The position numbers were made by a program, and so were the translations under genes. Below are positions 60,181 through 64,000 of a stretch of 64,000 nucleotides of DNA, piece by piece. The notes under the pieces were generated by a model that saw nothing but the letters and a program-made list of their open reading frames with translations, did not search any database and was not told where the DNA came from. Numbering within the stretch: position 1 is the stretch's first letter; every line of letters starts with the position of its first letter. The DNA is taken from positions 118,794,001-118,858,000 of the forward strand of contig CM059432.1 in assembly GCA_030390025.1 (NCBI GenBank). Reading direction: 5' to 3'. The stretch is from Squalus acanthias (taxonomy: Eukaryota).

Positions 60181-61607
60181 TTACTTGCTTGCTATAGGGA
60201 TAGAACTAATCAGTTGGATGGAGCAGATAGCTGTAAGATCTGTTTGCTAGGTACTGAAACACTATTAAATCAAACTCGACTCAAAATATTAAACTGTGAT
60301 TTATGATGTTGTCTAGGGATATCGTCATTACTTGTTTTTTTCCCTTTACTGTGATAGCTCAGTGACACCACCCTGTGTACTGCTCGGAATAACCTTTCAA
60401 ACTCACACAAGCTATGAGATTTGAAACATTTTACTTAATAGATCTGTTTGTAAAGATGCTACTGAAAGAGCACTCTACTAGCCTAAGCTAGCGAACCTAC
60501 AGTTAGTTATGGATTTTATATACTGTAGAATATTTTTTCCTTAATGCTGGAGCTCGAGAATAGGATTCAAGGATAGGAAAAATGCAGAATGTCCTTTGGT
60601 GAATTTTTGACTGGTTTAAAAGAATGCATCTGGCATTCTCCATTAGAATCAGAAACCGTGACACCGCAACAGTTTTCATAGTTATTTCTTTTCCTCTTCT
60701 CCACTTCTCTTGGATGTAATCGTTTTCCTCTGCATTTCACAAAACTGTTGCACATGAGCCCTAATGTGACAGTGTGGTTCTTCAAGAGCTTATGGGATCA
60801 TCTGTCCAGTGTCCCTTCAATATTGTAAGCTGTGTCTTTACTTGCATATTATTGTGCCGTTTGATATGAACCAGAGGGCAAATTTCAGTGAGGTTATGCT
60901 CCCAGAGTTGAGTCTCGCTAGTTGGGGGTGCAAAACGAAGTATCAGGGCTGAAGGGCTAGATGCCCCTCCCATTCGATGGGCAGAAAATCCAGCCCAATG
61001 GTTATAGCCCTATCTCTGATTCATGCTCATGTCTAACAAAGCTCTGCTGCAGGAGTGCAGCCTTCATGTATTTGCCCTTCTACCAGTTCACAAATACATT
61101 GATATTGGGGTAGATTTTCATCTCCACCACCTGGGCAATAATCTGGTGGAGCGGATTGCCTAAATGTTGTGGAACATGCCCAATTTTCATTCCATTCAAA
61201 TCTTCCCACCCTGCCCCCTTATCACTCTATTCTCTCCTCCCTCAAGCCTCCTCTTAACTGCATCAGTGCTGTCTGCTTCAACCATGTGGCAGCGAGTTCC
61301 ACATTCTCAGCACTCTGTGTGTAAAGAAATTCCTCTAAATTCTTTACTTAATCTGTTGGTGTCTATCTTATATTTATGCCCTCTTGTTCTGGACTCATCC
61401 CACAAATGGAAACAGTTTCTCCACATACACCCTATCGAACATTTCCATCATTTTAAAGACTTCTAGCAGGTCTCCTCTTAATCTTCTCTTTTCCAGAATA
61501 AAGAGCCTGCTCAATCTTTCCTGATAGTTGCATCCTCTCTATTCTGGTAAAATCCTTGTAAATCTTTTCTGTACTTTCTCCAGTACTTCAATATCCTTTT
61601 TGCAGTA

Positions 61608-61729
61608 TAAAAAAGAAAAAAAAAGCCTTATATTTATATAGCACATTTCAGTACCTCAGGTCATCCCAAAGCACATTAGAACCAATTAAAGACTTTTGAA
61701 GTGTAGTCATTGTTGTAATGTAGGAAATG
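61608..61729 (-). mobile_element. 5'-truncated DeuSINE 3' end
   Basis: Matches 6612-6715 (tatatagcac..cccaaagcac..ttttgaagtgtagtc..gtaatgtaggaaa). Confidence 0.75.
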
Positions 61730-61917
61730 ATAGCTGCACCATGGAGACCATAGCTGCACCATGGAGACCATAGCTGCACCATGGAGACCATAGCTGCACC
61801 ATGGAGACCATAGCTGCACCATGGAGACCATAGCTGCACCATGGAGACCATAGCTGCACCATGGAGACCATAGCTGCACCATGGAGACCATAGCTGCACC
61901 ATGGAGACCATAGCTGC
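61730..61917. repeat. Perfect 20-bp tandem repeat, ~9.4 copies
   Basis: (ATAGCTGCACCATGGAGACC)n with no mismatches. Confidence 0.98.
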
Positions 61918-62754
61918 GCACACTACTCCACGGTGATCTAACCACAGTTCTCTATAAATGTAACATTACCTCTCTGCTTTTGTATTCTATTCCTCTAGAA
62001 ATGAACCCCAATGCTTTGTTTGCGCTCTTGAAGGCCTTATCAACTTGTATTGCTACTATTAATGCTTTATGTATCTGCATTCCAAGATCTCTTTGCTCCT
62101 CTGCCCTATTTAGTTTCTTATCTTCCAAGGAATAAATGAAAATGAACCACTTCACACTTTACTATATTGAATTTAATTTGCCATTTATCCGTCAACTCTG
62201 CAAGCTTCTTTATGTCTTCCTGTATTTTGCTGCAGTCCTCCACATTATTAGCTATACCCACAATTTGGTATCAAATTAAGTCTCAGCTTTAGCTCTATGG
62301 TAGCGTGGTTCTGCATTCAACTACCACTCCACAGACTTGAGCGTATAACGTAGCTGACACTGCAGTGCAGTACTAAACCAACAGCACTAAAAAAATTAGA
62401 TGATCTGGTCAGTATCTCAGTGCTGTTTATGGAACCTTGCTGTGCAACAGTGATTACAGGTCAAAAGTGCTTCATTGTCTGTAAATTGCTTTGGAACATC
62501 CTGATGTTGTGAAAGGCACAATATAAATTTCTACTCCAAACTTCTGAGTCCAAATCATTTACGTATATGGTGAACAAGAGTGATCGTAGCATGGATCCCT
62601 GCAGGATCCCACTTTCTGCCAATCCAAGAAAATTCCCTTAACTCCTACCCTCCATTTTCTATTTTGTAGTCATCTTTCATTCCATTCTGCTATTTGACCC
62701 CTGACTCCACACTTCCTGACCTTTGTCATGAATGTTTTTATGGTACCTTTTGGT

Positions 62755-63569
62755 ATCAGCTTGGGCTGATTAGTGGCAAGTAACATTCGCGCCACACAAG
62801 TGCCAGGCAATGACTATAGCCAACAAGCGAGCGTCTAACCACTGCCCCTTGACATTCAACGGCATTACCATCACCGAATCCCCCACCATCAACATCCTGG
62901 GGGTCACCATTGACCAGAAACTTAACTGGACCAGGCACATAAATACTGTGGCAACAAGATCAGGTCAGAGGATGGGTATACTACAGTGAGTGTCTCACCT
63001 CCTGAATCCCCAAAGCCTTTCCACCATCTACAAGGCACAAGTCAAGAGTGTGATGGAATATTCTCCACTTCCTGGATGAGTGCAGCTCCAACAACACTCA
63101 AGAAGCTCAACACCATCCAAGACAAAGCAGCCCACTTGATTGGCACCCCATCCACCATCTTAAACATTCACTCCCTCCACCACCGGCGTACCGTGGCTGC
63201 AGTGTGAACCATCTACAAGATGCACTGCAGCAACTCGCCAAGGCTTCTTCGGCAGCACCTCCTAAACTCGTGACCTCTACCATCTAGAAGAACAAGGGCA
63301 GCAAGCACATTGGGAACACCACCATCTCCAAGTTCCCCTCCAAGTCACACACCATCCTGACTTTGAAGTATATCGCCGTTCCTTCATCGTCGCTGGGTCA
63401 AAATCCTCGAACTCCCTCCCTAACAGCACTGTGGGAGTACCTTCACCACACGGACTGCAGCAGTTCAATAAGGCAGCTCACCACCACCTTCTCACGGGCA
63501 ACTAGGGATGGGCAATAAAGGCTGGCCTTGCTAGCGACGCCCACATCCCATGAACGAATTAAAAAAAAA
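62755..63569 (+). mobile_element. CR1/L2-group LINE 3' fragment of a different family, poly(A)-tailed
   Basis: WQVTFAPHKCQAM..NILGVTIDQKLNWTRHI..IYKAQVKSVMEY RT C-terminus; ends aattaaaaaaaaa. Confidence 0.75.
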
Positions 63570-64000
63570 CATGTGAGGAGACCCAAACTGGACACAGTAT
63601 TCTAAGTGAGGCCTGACCAAGGTCTTGTACAAGGACAAAATAGTGTGCCTCATTTTATAATCAATTGTCCTATGAATGTACCCCAACACCCTATTCACTC
63701 TAGCTATCACTTCACGACATTACTCATGTAACTTTAGAGATCTATTCACTAGAACTCCCAGATCTCTTTCTTTCTCCACCTTCTTCAATGCTTTTTCCAT
63801 CTTCTTTAATGCTTTTATCTTGCTCATCACTTAGTAGCCCTATCTCTATCTTAATTTTTATTTGTAAGGGGAAAAAGTAATTTTCTTAACTCTTTGGCTC
63901 CCACAGGAGCCATTTCAACTAGAGTAGGTAATCAATCTCCTGCAGGACCAAGTACCATACTCTAGTGAAGATTTTGAGCCTTTAGAAGGCCTCAGTTGAA

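Larger units (their letters stand above)
61230..63800 (-). mobile_element. Old CR1 LINE fragmented by SINE, tandem-repeat and LINE inserts
   Basis: CR1 RT C-terminal remnants (KALGFISRGIEYKSREVML) at 61230-61607, 61900-62750 and 63575-63800. Confidence 0.7.
5141..64000 (+). other. Very long repeat-filled intron of the NETO1-type gene (next exon not seen in window)
   Basis: Donor at 5141. No acceptor-flanked DPDF-type short exon or CUB2 exon was recognised downstream by eye. Confidence 0.65.

Noticed and set aside
61730..61917. Short identical repeats suggesting a CRISPR array
   Set aside because: Head-to-tail with no spacers, eukaryotic context, no cas genes.

Overview
Vertebrate genomic DNA, most likely a cartilaginous fish. 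That assignment is inferred from HE1/V-SINE-like and SacSINE1/DeuSINE-like SINEs and shark-type CR1, L2 and Harbinger repeats. The only host gene visible is a NETO1-type gene (neuropilin and tolloid-like) on the + strand: three coding exons (187-240, 3912-4040, 4892-5140) encode the end of the signal peptide and CUB1, and everything after 5140 appears to be one intron of more than 58 kb. The intron is a deep stack of nested transposons. (i) An essentially full-length minus-strand CR1 LINE (zinc-finger/leucine-zipper/SGNH-esterase ORF1; APE-RT ORF2) carries, inside its own target-site boundaries, a ~6.2-kb CpG-rich 38-bp tandem array at its 5' end. (ii) Penelope-like element fragments carry minimal type I hammerhead ribozyme motifs, two of them as fold-back inserts. 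(iii) A complete but decayed PIF/Harbinger transposon has 13-bp TIRs, a TTT TSD and convergent DDE transposase and spliced Myb/SANT genes, with two further remnants and many MITEs. (iv) There are also L2 LINEs, hAT elements, SINEs and two more minisatellites. The very long ORFs in the ORF track at 19.7-26.1 kb are repeat artefacts. All calls are by eye; no database search was run.
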